Source: an uncultured Candidatus Rokubacteria bacterium
GTDB lineage: Bacteria > Methylomirabilota > Methylomirabilia > Rokubacteriales > CSP1-6
DNA length: 64,000 nt
Assembly (NCBI GenBank): GCA_963754315.1
Contig: CAVWFS010000011.1
Location: 209,857 to 273,856, forward strand
Direction: 5' to 3'
Position numbers and translations under genes: made by a program. Of the stretch, positions 40,923 to 51,890 are shown piece after piece. Each line of letters starts with the position of its first letter. Position 1 is the first letter of the stretch. The notes beneath the pieces were generated by a model. That model saw nothing but the letters and a program-made list of their open reading frames with translations. It had not been told where the DNA came from and searched no databases.

Positions 40923-41924
40923 TCACCCCGACGGCCGGGCTACGTGTTCGTCGAGGAACGCCTCGATCCGCCGTTGGAAGGCAGCCGTCACGGCCGGATC
41001 GCCCCACCAGATGAGGTGGCCGAACTGGTCGACGGTGACGAGTTCGGCGTTCGGGATGGCGCCCGCGGCGTGGGTCGAGTTCACGTACCCGATGTCGCCG
41101 TCGTGGCGGCTGCCGACGACGAGCGTCGGGACGGTGATCTGCCCCAGCGGGAGCTCGTCGAGCTGCTGCTGGACGGCGAGGTCGTTGCTGACGCCGTCGA
41201 ACCTCGGCAGCGCCGGAACCATCGCGTCGGCCATCGCCATCACCTGCCGCCGCTGCGCCGGGTCCGCGAGGATCTGATCGATGAAACGCTTGCCGGTCGC
41301 CTTGTCGTAGGTCGTCTCGGTGCGCACGAAGTCCTGCATGGCCAGCTTCGGCATGCGCTTCATCGCCTGGTTGATCAGGAAGTAGGCGGGATCCTGTCCC
41401 CGGCGGGACATGACGAGGCGCCCCAGCGTGCTGTTGAGCTGGTCTTCGGAGAGCTGAGTCCGGCGTGAGATGGCCGAGAGCAGGATCAGCGCCTGGGTCC
41501 GCCGCTCGTGGCGAAGCGCAAACCGCAGCGCGGCAGGCCCGCCCGCCGAGAGCCCGACCACGGCCACCCGATCGATCCCGAGCGTGTCCAAGAGCGCGGC
41601 GGCGACGTCGGCCTGCGCCTCCGGTGCGCCATGGTCGGCCAGCGGGGTGCCGAGATAGCCCGGCCGGTCCGGCGTCAACAGGCGATAGCCGGCCGTCACG
41701 AGGTGCTCGAGGAAGAACCAGCCGTTGTGGCCGACGCCGCCGCCGTGGAAGTGCAGGACCGTCGGACCCTGCCCGCGCAGGTCGTACTCCACCGGGCCTA
41801 TCGCCGTCGTCGCCACGACGCTCGTCTCGGACGCGCGTCGTCGCTGCGCCTCCAGCCAGCGGCGGTAGTACCCGAACAGCCCCGACGCGGCGACGACGGC
41901 GGCGAGCGCTATCAGCCTCCCCAC
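40923..41924 (-). CDS. Alpha/beta hydrolase
   Basis: HGGG, DRPGY, GLSAGG nucleophile, D and GH triad motifs. Confidence 0.88.
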   Translation of the reverse strand: MGRLIALAAVVAASGLFGYYRRWLEAQRRRASETSVVATTAIGPVEYDLRGQGPTVLHFHGGGVGHNGWFFLEHLVTAGYRLLTPDRPGYLGTPLADHGAPEAQADVAAALLDTLGIDRVAVVGLSAGGPAALRFALRHERRTQALILLSAISRRTQLSEDQLNSTLGRLVMSRRGQDPAYFLINQAMKRMPKLAMQDFVRTETTYDKATGKRFIDQILADPAQRRQVMAMADAMVPALPRFDGVSNDLAVQQQLDELPLGQITVPTLVVGSRHDGDIGYVNSTHAAGAIPNAELVTVDQFGHLIWWGDPAVTAAFQRRIEAFLDEHVARPSG

Positions 41925-42065
41925 GAGGCTCAGTCTGTCACGGCGCGTAGGCAGGATAAAGGCCCTGTTAGCAAGCCGTGCGCGAGAAGCGGCCGCCGCG
42001 CTTCACGGTACGCGCGGGGGCCAGCCCTCCTTCGCAGAGGAACTGATCGCTTGGACCACGCGCCT

Positions 42066-43211
42066 TTACGCTCCCCCCAGCCCGTAGAGCGCCGCGGCAT
42101 TGTCGTGAGTCAGCTTGCGGCGCGTCCCCGGCGATAGGTGCTGCATCTGCCGCTCGATCGCTGCTCGCGAGTTGGGCCAGACGCTGTCGGGATGCGGATA
42201 GTCCGAGGCCCACAAGAGGTGCCCCTCGCCGAAGAACGGGATGAGCGCCATCGCGACGTGGTCGTCCTGGAACGTTGCGTAGATCTGCCGCTTGAAGAGC
42301 TCGCTCGGCTTCGTGACGAGCGCGCTGCCGCCCTTGTCGGCCCAGAACTCCTTGGCCTCCCAGAGCCGCCAGTGGCGGTAGTCGAGCTCCTGGACGAGCC
42401 AGGGGAGCCATCCGGTGCCGGCCTCGGCCATCACCATGCGTAACTTCGGGTGCCGCTCGAGGATGCCCCAGGCGAAGAGGTCGACGAAGGGCTCGAGGAA
42501 GTTCGCGAGGAAGAACTTGGTGTTCTCGAAGACGCTCGCTGCTTTGCCGATGGCACGATCGCCCGGCTTGCCGACGAACACCGTGATGTGCCACGAGAGA
42601 ATGACGCCGCGCTCCTCGAGGGTGTGCCAGAGCGGCTCCCACGCCGGGTCGTCGAGCTTCGGGTTGATGTTGGCGATCATCAGATTGACCTGGCGCACGC
42701 CGCCCTTCGCGATGAGGCGTTCGAGCTCGGCGAGCGCGGCCTCGGGCGTCTCCGGCAGCATGGGCAGGCCGATGAGCCGATCCGGCGCCGCCTTGCAGAA
42801 ATCGAGCAGCCAGTCGTTGTAGACGCGGTAGCAGGCGGAGCGCAGGACGGGATCGTCGGTCGAGATCTGGAAGATCGGCCCGAAGATCACCTGTGTCTCG
42901 ACGCCGTCGCGGTCCATGTCGGCGAGACGCAGCTCGGGGATGGCCGGGCGGCGCGCGCTCTGGTCGTAGATGGCGGCACGGTCGAAGGCGTTGTAGAGCG
43001 CTTTGACCTGGCGCGCCGCACCGGTCGCGGGCGGCTTGCCGTCCCAGCGGCCCCAGACCTTGCCGTCGCAGACCCACACCGCCTGTCCGTCGCGCTCCTC
43101 GACGTGCGGCGCGCGGTCGAGCAGCGAAGCTGGCAGCCGCGTCGTCCACAAATCCGCGGGCAGCTGGCTGAGGTCCATGTGATCGTCGCAGGAGATGAGC
43201 CGGTCAGTCAT
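42066..43211 (-). CDS. Amidohydrolase_2 family protein
   Basis: SCDDHMD, YNDWL, AEAGTGW, WASDYPH, NAAALY. Confidence 0.9.
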   Translation of the reverse strand: MTDRLISCDDHMDLSQLPADLWTTRLPASLLDRAPHVEERDGQAVWVCDGKVWGRWDGKPPATGAARQVKALYNAFDRAAIYDQSARRPAIPELRLADMDRDGVETQVIFGPIFQISTDDPVLRSACYRVYNDWLLDFCKAAPDRLIGLPMLPETPEAALAELERLIAKGGVRQVNLMIANINPKLDDPAWEPLWHTLEERGVILSWHITVFVGKPGDRAIGKAASVFENTKFFLANFLEPFVDLFAWGILERHPKLRMVMAEAGTGWLPWLVQELDYRHWRLWEAKEFWADKGGSALVTKPSELFKRQIYATFQDDHVAMALIPFFGEGHLLWASDYPHPDSVWPNSRAAIERQMQHLSPGTRRKLTHDNAAALYGLGGA

Positions 43212-43232
43212 GTGATCCTCCAGGGGCGGGCC

Positions 43233-43670
43233 TTACTTTTTTGCCGCCAACATGTCGCGGATTCCGCGCAGCGCCAGCGCATAGCCGGCAATGCCGAATC
43301 CTGCCACAACGCTCTGGCTCACGGCGGCGGTCTGCGACGCGGGCCCGCGACGGATCGGGTTCGAAATGTGCACTTCGATGGTCGGGAACTTCACCTGCGA
43401 GATGGCCGCCACGAGGGCCGGATAGCCAGTGCCGAACGCCGCTGGGTTGAAGATCGCAGCATCGAAACCCTGATCGTTTGCCGTGTAGAGCCTGTTGACG
43501 AGCTCGCCCTCGATGTTCGAGTGAAAGATCTCGACGTCAACGCCGAGCTCCTTGGCATAGCCGCGAATGCGCTCGTCGTATTCGGGTAGCGTCATCGGGC
43601 CGAAGATGTCGACCTGCACCTTGCCGCGCATATTCATGCCGGCGCCGTGGATCACGAGAACTCTGGGCAT
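43233..43670 (-). CDS. Type II dehydroquinase-fold protein with divergent active site
   Basis: VIHG, SNIEGELV, FNPAA, IEVHISN, GFGIAGY; lid region is GAGMNMRGKVQVDIFG. Confidence 0.85.
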   Translation of the reverse strand: MPRVLVIHGAGMNMRGKVQVDIFGPMTLPEYDERIRGYAKELGVDVEIFHSNIEGELVNRLYTANDQGFDAAIFNPAAFGTGYPALVAAISQVKFPTIEVHISNPIRRGPASQTAAVSQSVVAGFGIAGYALALRGIRDMLAAKK

Positions 43671-43700
43671 CGTGCTCTCCGTCAGAACCGGAATGCCGCT

Positions 43701-44546
43701 CTATGCGGGGACCGCGCCACCCATCGTCGTGCGATGCATCAAGCGGCGCTGCGGCATCTCGTAGTCCTGGAGCGCCCGATGCTGGACCATGCAGTTGTCC
43801 CACATCAGCACGTCGCCCGGGCGCCACTGATGGCGATACACAAACACCGGCTTGACGATGTGATCCGCCAGTGCCGCGATCAACGCCTCTGCCTCCTCGG
43901 ACTCCATTCCCTCGATGCCGGTGCAGTCGTCGCGCATCACGTAGAGGCACTTACGCCCCGTCGACGGATGGGTCCGCACGATGGGGTGGCGAACCGGAGG
44001 GTTGCGATCGATCTCCGCCTGAGTCGGCGGAAAGGACCGCTTGCGTCCCCGGAAATCGAACACGGCCCGCCGTCCCTCGAGGGTGCGCTTCATCGCATCC
44101 GGCAAGGCCTCCCAGGCCGCAGCGGCGCTGGCAAACTCGGTATCCCCGAGCGGGAGCCCGTGCAGCTCGGGGACCTCGATAGCGTAGAGCACGGTCCCGC
44201 GAGGCGGTCTCGCGGTGTAGCACATGTCGCTGTGCCAGTTCTCGCCGGCACGGAGAACGCCGGTCGGTCGACCGCCTTCCGTGATGTTGGACAGGACGAC
44301 GATCTCGGGGTGGCCGGGCACGCTCCAGCGTTCACCGAAGATATTGAATTCGACCGCGCCGAAGCGTCGCGTGAACGCGGCCTGCTGGGCGGGCGTGATC
44401 GACTGCCCACGGAAGAAGATGACACCGTACTCATTGTAGGCGCGATCGATCGCGGCAAACGTGGCGTCGTCGAGCTGCTGGGAGAGATCCACCCCGGCGA
44501 TCTCCGCGCCGAGCACGGCTGCGGTCGGAATGACCTTCATGGACAT
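43701..44546 (-). CDS. TauD/TfdA Fe(II)/2-oxoglutarate dioxygenase
   Basis: WHSD, HPIVRTHP, WDN...QHRA, RLMHR. Confidence 0.92.
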   Translation of the reverse strand: MSMKVIPTAAVLGAEIAGVDLSQQLDDATFAAIDRAYNEYGVIFFRGQSITPAQQAAFTRRFGAVEFNIFGERWSVPGHPEIVVLSNITEGGRPTGVLRAGENWHSDMCYTARPPRGTVLYAIEVPELHGLPLGDTEFASAAAAWEALPDAMKRTLEGRRAVFDFRGRKRSFPPTQAEIDRNPPVRHPIVRTHPSTGRKCLYVMRDDCTGIEGMESEEAEALIAALADHIVKPVFVYRHQWRPGDVLMWDNCMVQHRALQDYEMPQRRLMHRTTMGGAVPA

Positions 44547-45883
44547 TGTCGATCCCTTCGCTTGTCGCGCGTGAATCTTCGACGCGACCGGTTTACCACA
44601 ACCCGCGCACTGTATCAAACGTCCGATTGATCGGACCGCAGTAGACGTTCGGGTTGTGGTTGGTCAGCACCGCCACGCACAGGTCGGCCCGGAGGATCTG
44701 CTGGAGCATTTGAAGGGAAATCCGGCCTGGCTCCTGGAGCTGATCCGACCGCAGCGGCTCGATCTGCTCCTGCTCCATGGCGGGCCGTCCAAATCGGGGC
44801 GCTTGACGTGCTGAAGCGGTTGAACCGGGAGGAGCGGGCGCGTGGCTAGAGGCCTTGCTGACGGGCTTCGTTGTTTGTCGGCACCTACGGATACACCAAT
44901 TAAGGCTTGCCTCGGGACGGAGCTCCCCAGCGTCTACGATGGGGTTCGGTAATCCACAGGCCCTGACAGCCTACGTGCAACCGTACAGCTTGCCACCCTC
45001 CATCTCCAACTCATACTCCAGCTGGGCAGGCCAGATCCGAGCATCGCATCATCCGAGACAGAGGCGATCGCTGCCATATCGAACCCGAGCTTCGATGGGC
45101 TCGTTACGAGGAAGGCTTCTCGCGGCCAGCTTGTCGCGGATGTCATCGGCGAGGCTGTGGTCCGGCTTGACGGCTCACTCCCAAAGGCTGGCTGGCACGG
45201 TACCGATACTCGATGGCAGTTAGCGTTCGGCCCCGAGCTTCACCCGCTCCAACTCCCGGGCCGCGAAGCAGCGCACATGGACCTCGAACTTGTCCAGTCC
45301 GGGAGTAGCGCCGTCGTGTCCCCATACGGGGAACGGAATACGCACTGTTCCGCGCACTTGAGTGCGCCTAGGGCTGAGTGACCCGGACGGCTCACACTAG
45401 ACCTGGTACACGATATCCCCGCAAGAACACTATGTGGCCGGGGCCGAAAACGCCGCATGATGGGCGACAAATTATCGAACGCGATGCGTGAGCAGATTCC
45501 GGCCGTGGCTCGAAACGCATCAAGGCACGCCGAGAGGAATTCCAAAGCGGCCCGGTTCGCCCAGGCGGAATTCTGAGAGTCATTAGCTGGTGACGGTCCG
45601 GCGCCTGTGGGCCCGCCTGGGCCCTGGATTTGAGCCATGCTATGCTCTGGGCCCGTGGGGCTTCCGTGAACGCCTCTCCGATCGTGTTCCATCTGGCGCG
45701 CGTCGGCCGTCACTCCGCCCGGCCACAGGGAAATTGATTGCCTGCCGCGGCATTCTCGCGGTCGGCTCTGCCGTCGTGGTGAATGGACAGCATCATGCTG
45801 TTACCGAAGCCGCCGCCCCTGCGCGCGGCCGGAATGGGTATTTCCCTTGGCCCGACCGATGTCGATCCTGAGTCTTTTCGCAG

Positions 45884-46099
45884 GTGATGCAGGCGCGGCC
45901 GCCTGGCGTTCCTGACGCTCTGGGTTACGGCCGGTATCTCGTCTGGGGCCTGTTCCTCGCCTTCTTGCTCGTCACCGGACACGGGCCAGGGTCGGTGCTG
46001 GTCGCGTTCGTGCCGGTACTGCTGATCCAGCAGGTGTTCGCGCCGATCTCAGAAGCGCTGTTTCGCCGCCTGTCGGGGCCGATGGTGGACGAGCTGTGA
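45884..46099 (+). pseudogene. wzm: Internally deleted Wzm-type ABC permease
   Basis: Short TM remnant ending LFRRLSGPMVDEL, with GTGA overlap to wzt. Confidence 0.65.
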
Positions 46100-47352
46100 C
46101 TGGCGCGCTCGCGGTCCGCAACGTGGGCAAGCTGTACCGTCGCTACGCACGGCCATGGCACCGGCTGGCCGAATGGGTCTCCGGAGGGCGAGTGGCCTGG
46201 CACGAAGCGTTCTGGGCCCTGCGTGGCGTCACCTTCTCCATCGCAGCCGCCGAGTCGGTCGGCATCATCGGCTTGAATGGCGCGGGAAAGACCACTCTGC
46301 TAAAGATCCTGACGGGGACGACCCAGGCGACCGAGGGCGAGGTCGAAATCGCGGGCCGGGTCGCCGCCCTGCTGGAACTCGGCCTGGGCTTTCACCCGGA
46401 CTTCACGGGCCGGCAAAACGCGTTCATGGCCGGCCAGCTGATGGGATTGTCGTCTCGCGAGGTCGCGGGACTGATGCCCGAGATCGAGGCGTTCGCGGAG
46501 ATCGGCCGCTACATCGATCAGCCGATCCTGACCTACTCGACCGGCATGGCCGTGCGGCTCGCGTTCGCGGTGGCGACGGCGGCCCGTCCCGAGATCCTGA
46601 TCGTCGACGAAACCCTGTCCGTCGGCGATGCGTACTTTCAACCCAAGTGCATCGGGCGAATCAGGGAATTTCAGGAGGCCGGGACGACGATCTTGTTGGT
46701 CTCCCACGACCCGACAGCCATCAAGACGTTGTGCGGCCGGGCCCTGCTGCTGGAAGCAGGCCGGCTCATCCATGACGGAGCGCCGGATCAGGTGCTCGAC
46801 TATTACAACGCGCTGATCGCGAAACGGGAAGCGAATCACCGGATCTTCAGGGCGGAGGCCGACGGCGGTCGCATCACACTGCGCTCGGGAACGTTCGAGG
46901 CGCGGATCGCGGATATCGATCTGCTCGACGCCGCGGGTCGGCCCGCGCGAGCGTTCTCGGTGAGGGAGCACGCTTGTGCCCGCGCCAGGGTCGAGTTCAG
47001 CTCGGTCGTCACCGCCCCCACGGTCGGGATCCTGATCCGCGATCGACTCGGCAACGACGTCTTCGGAACCAACTCGTTCCACATGGCGCCCATCCAGGGG
47101 GCATACGGGCCGGACGACGAGTTGTTCGTCGAGTTCGACGTCGACCTGAATATCGGCGTGGGTGAATACACGCTGACCATCGCCGTCCACAGCGATGCCA
47201 CGCACGCGGTCACCAACTACGACTGGTGGGACAAGGTGATCGCCTTTCAGATCGTGCCCGGCATCGAGCCGTACTTCGTCGGCGCCGCGTGGCTGTCAGT
47301 CCGGCTGCATGTCGAGCGCCGCGCGCGCGCGGCGCCGGCCGAGCACGCGTGA
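46096..47352 (+). CDS. wzt: Polysaccharide ABC transporter ATPase with Wzt_C domain
   Basis: FWAL, GLNGAGKT, YSTGMAVRLAF, DETLSVGD, VSH; C-terminal GNDVFGTN. Confidence 0.92.
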   Translation: MTGALAVRNVGKLYRRYARPWHRLAEWVSGGRVAWHEAFWALRGVTFSIAAAESVGIIGLNGAGKTTLLKILTGTTQATEGEVEIAGRVAALLELGLGFHPDFTGRQNAFMAGQLMGLSSREVAGLMPEIEAFAEIGRYIDQPILTYSTGMAVRLAFAVATAARPEILIVDETLSVGDAYFQPKCIGRIREFQEAGTTILLVSHDPTAIKTLCGRALLLEAGRLIHDGAPDQVLDYYNALIAKREANHRIFRAEADGGRITLRSGTFEARIADIDLLDAAGRPARAFSVREHACARARVEFSSVVTAPTVGILIRDRLGNDVFGTNSFHMAPIQGAYGPDDELFVEFDVDLNIGVGEYTLTIAVHSDATHAVTNYDWWDKVIAFQIVPGIEPYFVGAAWLSVRLHVERRARAAPAEHA

Positions 47353-47500
47353 ACCGGTCGGGGCGCCGCGGTCCCGGCTCGGCCGGCCATCCGGCTGGCA
47401 GCCGAAGGGGCATCGCACATGTCGAGCGTCTGCACGCGGCGGCCGCTCGCCCCGGCGTCGCGGTGCGTGTCATTAACCGTCGGCCATAACGAGGACGGCC

Positions 47501-48658
47501 ACGCACATCGGGGTCGAGGCGACGACGCTGCGCAGCCGGCATCTCGGCGGCGTCTGGCGCTACACCGAGAGCCTGATCACGGCTTTGGGGCGCCTGCCGT
47601 CACCCCACCGCTATTCGCTGCTCTACATCAACGCGTTCAACCCGTGGAGCAGGGTCCAGCCACCCGTCGTGGGGTGCCCGCAGTTCCAACTGGTGGAGGT
47701 GACCTCCGTGTCGAACCTCCTGTTCACCTTTCTGGCGCCGATCGTGACCCGTCGGCGCGCGACGCTGGCCGTCGAGTCCTTCCTGGGACCGGTCGACGTG
47801 TTCCATTCCGTCAACGCTGTCCTGCTGCCGCAGCGCCACGGCCGCCAGGTCCTGACCGTGCATGACCTGACCTGCTTGACCCTGCCACAGTTCCATCCGT
47901 GGCGGCGACGGGCGCTCTTCCGCCTGGGCATCCGTCGCGCGGTGAGGCAGTCTGATGCCATCATCGTTCCATCCAAGGCGGCGAAGCAGGACCTCGTCAC
48001 GTTCTTTCCATGGTCGGAGGGGAAGATCGAGGTGATCCCGGAGGCCCCCGGTGAGCAATTCGTGCCCCTCTGTCCCGAGCAAGGCCAGCCGGTGGCCAGT
48101 CGCTACGGACTGACCTACGGCGGCTATCTGCTGTTCGTGGGCAATGTCGAGCCGCGCAAGAACCTGATCGCACTGATCGATGCGTACAATGCGCTGCGCA
48201 TGCGAATGCCGGCGGGACCGGACCTCGTGATCGCCGGCGGACGCGGGTGGAGGAACGGCCTGATTCACCGGGCGGCCGCCCGCTCGCCGTACGGACGCGA
48301 CATTCGCTTCCTCGGTTATGTCCCCGAGCCTGACCTGCCGGCACTCATGAACGGAGCCATTGCCCTGGTGTATCCCTCGATGTACGAAGGGTTCGGGTTG
48401 CCCCCCCTCGAAGCGATGGCCTGCGGAACCCCCGTCATCAGTTCCAACCGATCCTCCTTGCCGGAAGTCACCGGCGATGCCGCGCTGCTGGTGGACCCCG
48501 ATGACCGAGCCGCCCTCATCGACGCGATGGCGACGGCCGTCAGCGACAAGGCACTCCGCGAGGATCTGCGCGAGCGCGGGCTGCAGCAGGCGAAGCGCTT
48601 CTCGTGGAACGAGACGGCGCGTCTCACCCTGAGGGTATACGAGGGATCTCCCGTATGA
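47501..48658 (+). CDS. GT4 glycosyltransferase (apparent ACG start)
   Basis: (T)HIGVEAT..GGVWRY N-terminus, TVHDL, EPRKN, EGFGLPPLEAMACG. Confidence 0.85.
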   Translation, partial: THIGVEATTLRSRHLGGVWRYTESLITALGRLPSPHRYSLLYINAFNPWSRVQPPVVGCPQFQLVEVTSVSNLLFTFLAPIVTRRRATLAVESFLGPVDVFHSVNAVLLPQRHGRQVLTVHDLTCLTLPQFHPWRRRALFRLGIRRAVRQSDAIIVPSKAAKQDLVTFFPWSEGKIEVIPEAPGEQFVPLCPEQGQPVASRYGLTYGGYLLFVGNVEPRKNLIALIDAYNALRMRMPAGPDLVIAGGRGWRNGLIHRAAARSPYGRDIRFLGYVPEPDLPALMNGAIALVYPSMYEGFGLPPLEAMACGTPVISSNRSSLPEVTGDAALLVDPDDRAALIDAMATAVSDKALREDLRERGLQQAKRFSWNETARLTLRVYEGSPV

Positions 48659-50325
48659 GCCGTGCGAGCAGCGTCGGCGGCCCGAATGGTCGCGCCGCGA
48701 GGTGACACGCGCGCTCCCTGTGGGCGCCCGCGTATCATTCCTCTCGGCGTGCGCCCTCATCCTCGCCGTGTGCGCCTTCGTCCCGTCCGCGATCTGGATT
48801 CTGGAGCAGCCGTGGCACACCGGCGTATGGGAAGACGATGACGCGACCATAGAACTGCTCACCCGTGACGCGGGCCGCGGCAGGCATTGGATCGGACCGT
48901 ACTCCCGGTTCCGGTGGAATCATCCCGGACCGATCTTCTTCTACGCGGTCTGGCCCGTGTATTGGCTGTCCGGCGGGAAGCCCGCGGCGGCCCGCCTCGT
49001 GCCTCTGTTCATCAACGTCGGCTGCGCCGTCGGCATCGTCTGGATCGTGCGGCGCTATTTCGGCAGCATCCCTGCCGTCATCGCGGGCGCCGGCGTGGCG
49101 ATCATCGCGGCACATCTCGGCGCCAGCATCGTGGCCAGCCTGTGGAATCCGTACTCGACCATCATGCCCTTCGCCCTGTTCGTCTGTCTCGCGCTCGGCG
49201 CGATCATGTCGGGGCGGATGTACCTGCCGCTCACCGTGGCGGTCGCCTCGTTTCTGGTCCAGACTCACATCGCGTATTTTCCCGCCGTCGCTGCGGTCGT
49301 GGCGGTCATCTTGGCACTGGCGGTACGAGAGTACGTCCGCTTGCGCGCGCGTCCCCGCGGCCGGTACCGCCGCGGGTGACGCACGCGTTTCCGGTCGGTG
49401 GCTGCTGGCCGCCGCGTCGACAGCAGTCATCCTGTGGACGCCGCCGGTCATCGACCAGCTCACGATGCCGCCCGGCAACCTGTCCCTGCTCTGGCACTTC
49501 TTCACGACCGAGCGCGGTTCGCACTCGCTGGCCGACGTGATCCGCATGGCCGCCCCGAACGTGTCCGGTATCCTGTTGCGCATACCCCTGATGATCGCGG
49601 CGCGCTACGAGGAGCCGGCCCCGTCACTGCTCGCGGAGGTGCTGCTGATCGCGCTCATCGTCGGGTTGGCGTTCGCACTCGGGCGGTCGCGCGGCGAGCC
49701 CCTGCGCACGCTCGTCGCGCTCACGCTGGCCGCCCTCGTGGTCGCGCTCGCCGCCGCCACCCGCATCGTGGGTGAGCTCCATGCATATCTGTTCACCTGG
49801 ATGTGCGCCATCGGACTGCTGGGATGGACGGCGCTCGCGGTCTTCCTGTGGCAATCGTTGCCGCGAAGGTCATCGCGCACGGTGCGTGTCGCGATACTCG
49901 CGTCCGCGGCGGTCCTGTCGTTCTTTGCCGCTCGCTGGAACGTCCTGTTCGCCGAGTCCATGCCGCCGATGCGGCCATTGCCGTACATCGGCGCCCTCAG
50001 CGACGCGATCATCGAAACGGCGAAGCACGACGTCCCCGTGATCGCGCTCCGCGACGAGACCTGGATCTGGGCGGGGGGCCTCTTGAACGAACTGGATCGC
50101 CGGGGACTCGCTTTCCGGGTGCCGCCCCAATGGACCTTCATGTTCGGCAAGAGCCGATCCCGTCGCGGCGACGAGCGCATCCACCTGTTGCTGGCGGACG
50201 CCCACGCGCATGCCGAGCTGCTCGGCCGGCCGGATCTGTCGCTGATCGCCTCCTCCGATGAGAAGCTCGTTTTTCGGCAGCTCGACGCTCCGCTCACCGG
50301 GACCACCGGCGACCCCCGTCGCTGA
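48655..50325 (+). CDS. Polytopic membrane protein, GT-C-like (frameshift near 49370)
   Basis: EDDDA, GPYSRFRWNHPGP, WNPY, QTH motifs; two abutting hydrophobic ORFs. Confidence 0.65.
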
Positions 50326-50431
50326 CGGCCGCCAGCGGACCTCTCGCCTGGCCGGCGTCACCGGGTCGTCCGCTCGCGCCTTCGCGCAAGATTGCGTGCC
50401 CGCCGACCGTTGCTCTATACTCGCGGCGGCC

Positions 50432-51886
50432 ATGACGGGATCGTCCGCGACGAGCAGCCATCAACGTAGCTCCCCAGCAGCTCCCGGTGCGACCGGAGTG
50501 ACTCGGGACGTGAGGTCGGACGCGAAGCTCGTCAGCGTGATCGTGCTGAACCTGAACGGCGAGAAGATCCTGCGCAACTGCCTCGATCACCTGCTGCGCC
50601 AGACCTACCGCAATCTCGAGATCATCGTGATCGACAACGGCTCGACGGACGGAAGCGTCGCCGTGCTCGAACAGTACCTCGGCACCGGCAAGCTCTCCGT
50701 CGTCAGGTGTCACAAGAATCTCGGCGTGCCGGGCGGGCGGAACCTCGGCGTCTCGCACGCCAGGGGCGAGATCCTCGCGTTCATGGACAACGACGGATCG
50801 CCCGATCCGGCATGGCTCGAGCACGCCGTGGCCATGCTCGAGTCGGACGAGCGGATTGGGGGGGTGGCCGCCCTCGTCTTCTTTGCCGGGAAGAAGATCA
50901 TCCTCAACGGCGCCGGTGGCACGATCAATCTCCAGGGATACGGCGCCGACCTTCACTTCAACGCCCCCTACGAATTCGCCGTGCTGCCCCACGAAGTCCT
51001 CTACTCGATGGCGATCGGCATGGTCATCCGCAAGACCGCCATGCAGCTGTGCGGTCCGCTGGACACCGCGCTGATCAAGTGGTACGAGGACACGGAGCTG
51101 GGCATTCGCCTGTGGAAGCTCGGATTCCGGGTGGTCGTGTGCCCGCGCGCCTGGGTCGATCACGACATCGGCCACTCGGATCAGTTCCTTCCCGACCGGA
51201 TCTATCTCTGCGAGAAGGCCCGTATCCGGACGATGCTGAAGTACTGTCCGGTCAGTCGGGTGCCGCAGTGGCTTCTTCGCGAGATCCCCAACGCGTCCCG
51301 CTACGGCCGGCGCCGGTGGACCATCCCCGCGAAGGCGTGGTTGTGGAACCTGGCGCACCTGGGGTCGGCGCTCCGGTGGCGGCTGCGCTTCGTCGGTGCT
51401 CGCGCCCCGTTCTGGCATCTGGTGCATCCGTCGTGGGGCACCTTCCCGCCGCCGATCCCGAACAATCGGAGTTTTCAGCCGGTACTGCGCCGCGCCGGTG
51501 CGGAGCTGGTGCTCGACGGCATCACCGACGTCGCCCAGCTCAACTTCGGGTGGTACGACGCCGAGAGCGATGGCGTGCTCGCGTATCGCTGGACGGACGT
51601 GCGCACTTCGGCCTTCTTTTCCCTCTCCGCCAAGGTCGGCTCGGTCTCGGTCACGCTTCGGGCCGCGATCGACGTCCAGAACGTCACCCTGATCATCCGC
51701 CGGGCCGGTGAGATCGCACCGGAGGTTCAGGTATCGTTGACCGTGCTGTCCACGTGGAAGACCCAGAATTGTGCCGTGGTTCTGCGACCGGGTGTCTACG
51801 AGTTGCTCCTGATTGCGGAGCGTGGCGGTCTCGATCGCGCGGGCCGCGTGGTCGGTCCGGCCGTCGCCTCGGTCGTGTTCCGGTAG
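50432..51886 (+). CDS. GT2 glycosyltransferase
   Basis: VSVIVLN, DNGSTD, MDND, YEDTE. Confidence 0.88.
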   Translation: MTGSSATSSHQRSSPAAPGATGVTRDVRSDAKLVSVIVLNLNGEKILRNCLDHLLRQTYRNLEIIVIDNGSTDGSVAVLEQYLGTGKLSVVRCHKNLGVPGGRNLGVSHARGEILAFMDNDGSPDPAWLEHAVAMLESDERIGGVAALVFFAGKKIILNGAGGTINLQGYGADLHFNAPYEFAVLPHEVLYSMAIGMVIRKTAMQLCGPLDTALIKWYEDTELGIRLWKLGFRVVVCPRAWVDHDIGHSDQFLPDRIYLCEKARIRTMLKYCPVSRVPQWLLREIPNASRYGRRRWTIPAKAWLWNLAHLGSALRWRLRFVGARAPFWHLVHPSWGTFPPPIPNNRSFQPVLRRAGAELVLDGITDVAQLNFGWYDAESDGVLAYRWTDVRTSAFFSLSAKVGSVSVTLRAAIDVQNVTLIIRRAGEIAPEVQVSLTVLSTWKTQNCAVVLRPGVYELLLIAERGGLDRAGRVVGPAVASVVFR

Positions 51887-51890
51887 TGTC

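Noticed and set aside
44593..45880. Short ORFs between tauD and wzm
   Set aside because: No family motifs recognised; likely remnants or non-coding DNA.
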